A DNA stretch of 15,956 nt from a bacterium (GTDB taxonomy: Bacteria > Sysuimicrobiota > Sysuimicrobiia > Sysuimicrobiales > Humicultoraceae). Positions 14,463-15,956 of the stretch are shown here, piece by piece. The DNA is taken from the NCBI GenBank assembly GCA_041497675.1, contig JBGQGY010000091.1, positions 1-15,956 on the forward strand, given 5' to 3'. Both the position numbers and the translations under genes were made by a program. Each line of letters starts with the position of its first letter. Position 1 is the stretch's first letter. A model generated the notes under the pieces. That model saw only the letters and a program-made list of their open reading frames with translations. It made no database searches and had not been told where the DNA came from.

Positions 14463-14750
14463 TTACCGCGCGCCGAGGATCGCGTCCTTGGCGGCCTTGG
14501 CGACCCTGAATCGCACGACGCGCCTGGCGGGAATCTTGATCGGCTGACCCGTCTGTGGGTTGCGCCCCATCCGGGCCTTTCGGTTGGAAAGGACCAGCTT
14601 CCCGATCCCCGGGATAGTGAACGTGTTCTTGGCCTCTTTGTAGGCCAGCGAGGCCAGACACTCCATGAACATACCGGCCTGCTTCTTGGTCACATCGAGC
14701 TTGCCCGCCAAGTGATCGGTGATCTTAGCCTTGGTCATCGGCTTTGCCAT
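14463..14750 (-). CDS. hup: HU family DNA-binding protein
   Basis: MTKAKI, IPGIGKL, RKARMGRNPQTG, IPARRVVRFRVAKAAKDAI. GGAGG SD upstream. Confidence 0.96.
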   Translation of the reverse strand: MAKPMTKAKITDHLAGKLDVTKKQAGMFMECLASLAYKEAKNTFTIPGIGKLVLSNRKARMGRNPQTGQPIKIPARRVVRFRVAKAAKDAILGAR

Positions 14751-14791
14751 TCACTCACCCCTCCATGGATATTTGAGTATTCATGTCTGCG

Positions 14792-14818
14792 GTTCAGCAC
14801 CTTCCGCGGAATTCCTGC
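14792..14818 (-). promoter_or_regulatory. Putative SigH-like promoter (GCAGGAATT, 17 nt from GCAGGA to GAAC) for hup
   Basis: Minus strand reads GCAGGA attccgcggaaggtgct GAAC. This is the best match in the window to the Bacillus SigH consensus (AGGAWWT...GAAT). Confidence 0.6.
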
Positions 14819-14836
14819 AAAGCTGCGCCTAATCCG

Positions 14837-15937
14837 CTAGCGCCAGACCTCGCGGGCCGTCTCAACCACCAGCCGTAGCTTTGCCCATTGATCGTCCTCG
14901 GTAAGCAGGTTGCCTTCCATCGTCGAGGCAAAGCCGCACTGGGGGCTGAGCGCCAGGTTCTCGAGCGGCACGTACCGCGAGGCCTCCTCAATCCTCTTGA
15001 TCAGGTCGCGCTTCGACTCGAGCTCTGGCCGTTTGCTGCTGACGAGTCCGAGTACCACGGTCTTGCCCCGCGGGACGAACCGGAGCGGCTCGAATGTGCC
15101 GGACCGCGCGTCGTCATATTCGAGCAGGAACCGGTCCACCCTGATCGTGCCAAACATCTTCTCGGCGATCGGGTCGTAGCCGCCCTCGGCATACCAGTGG
15201 CTGCGGTTGTTGCCGCGGCACAGATGCATCGCCAGGGTGACACCGGGGCGCCGCGCGGCTTCCAGATACGTGTTGTCGGCGCGGATCGCCTCGTCGAGCG
15301 ATGCGTCGGGGTCGAGCCCCATCTCAGTTTGGATATAGGCGCGCCACTTCGGGTCCATGTAGTAACTGTAGCGCGGCGCGTCGATCTGAATATAGTTTAC
15401 CCCTTCGGTCGCGAGCGCGGTCAAGTCACTTTTCATGATGGCCACGATGTCCGCGAGCAGCGCCGAATGTGTCGGGTAGATTTTGTCGGTGACCCCACGC
15501 TTGAAGGCGATGGCCGGGAACTGGGTGGCGCTGGGCAGGGTCATCTTGATCGCGCCCGGGCAGTTGGCCCGCATGAACGGAAGTTCGTGGCCCGTCAGGC
15601 GCCGGGTCTGGCGCAGCCGGGCATTGACGATCCCCGTGACGCTGCTGACCTGCGCGGTGACGGCGCCTTTGGTGACATCCCACGATCGGGTGACGGCGTC
15701 GCCGAGGTCGAACCCTCCAACCGCATCGGTGAAGTCACTCATGAAGTTGCGGCGGCGGAATTCGCCGTCGGTGAAGATCTCAAATCCCAGTTCCCGCTGT
15801 TTGGCGAGCACCCGTGTGATGTGGCGGTCCTCGATGGCGCGGAGGCTTTCAGGATCCTTCGCGCCGCCGCGGGCGTCGAGCAGTTCCTTTGGTCGCAAGA
15901 AACTACCGACGTGGTCGGCTCGGTACGGCGCGCCCAT
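14837..15937 (-). CDS. Cobalamin-independent methionine synthase II family protein (MetE C-terminal domain only)
   Basis: RADHVGSFLRP, TDGEFRR, IQIDAP, HLCRGN, LEYD, LSPQCGF (His/Cys/Glu/Cys Zn ligands). 366 aa, lacking the N-terminal folate-binding half. SD GGAGGTG. Confidence 0.9.
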   Translation of the reverse strand: MGAPYRADHVGSFLRPKELLDARGGAKDPESLRAIEDRHITRVLAKQRELGFEIFTDGEFRRRNFMSDFTDAVGGFDLGDAVTRSWDVTKGAVTAQVSSVTGIVNARLRQTRRLTGHELPFMRANCPGAIKMTLPSATQFPAIAFKRGVTDKIYPTHSALLADIVAIMKSDLTALATEGVNYIQIDAPRYSYYMDPKWRAYIQTEMGLDPDASLDEAIRADNTYLEAARRPGVTLAMHLCRGNNRSHWYAEGGYDPIAEKMFGTIRVDRFLLEYDDARSGTFEPLRFVPRGKTVVLGLVSSKRPELESKRDLIKRIEEASRYVPLENLALSPQCGFASTMEGNLLTEDDQWAKLRLVVETAREVWR

Positions 15938-15956
15938 GAGTTCACCTCCACGCTGA

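Noticed and set aside
1..15956. CRISPR array, tRNA/rRNA, IS/integrase, prophage or anti-phage defence island
   Set aside because: No regularly spaced repeats, intergenic gaps are short, and there are no transposase, integrase or defence-type domains. The TPR, phosphoesterase and EEP genes sit among housekeeping genes without an NTPase or effector partner.

Overview
GC-rich, gene-dense bacterial chromosomal segment with 18 supportable CDSs and no tRNA, rRNA, CRISPR array or mobile element that I can see. Left to right: the 5' end of an S9 peptidase on the minus strand (missed by the ORF track); tag and a D-threonine-aldolase-family enzyme (+); a long minus-strand run from 12086 down to 2009, in transcription order a small His-containing membrane protein, a hypothetical protein, a PrsW-like membrane protein with degenerate catalytic motifs, a TPR protein, orphan ccmH, a metallophosphoesterase, an S9 peptidase, a PduO-type adenosyltransferase, a large PilX/DUF4900-like minor pilin and a polytopic membrane EEP hydrolase; a signal-peptide-bearing FAD oxidoreductase (+); then a small membrane protein, Zn-ribbon NUDIX, HU and a MetE-C-terminal-like enzyme (-). 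The most notable signals are: (i) a SigH-like promoter motif, AGG(A/G)-N17-18-GAA(C/G), upstream of minus-strand genes in four separate intergenic regions; (ii) an orphan tip-pilin gene directly abutting a membrane EEP nuclease/phosphatase gene; (iii) a translationally coupled cluster built around an apparently inactive PrsW-like protease, a TPR protein and CcmH; (iv) a probable leaderless sigma70 transcript. All family calls come from motif recognition by eye, not from database searches. A Terrabacteria-type host (e.g. Armatimonadota/CSP1-3-like) is only a guess.
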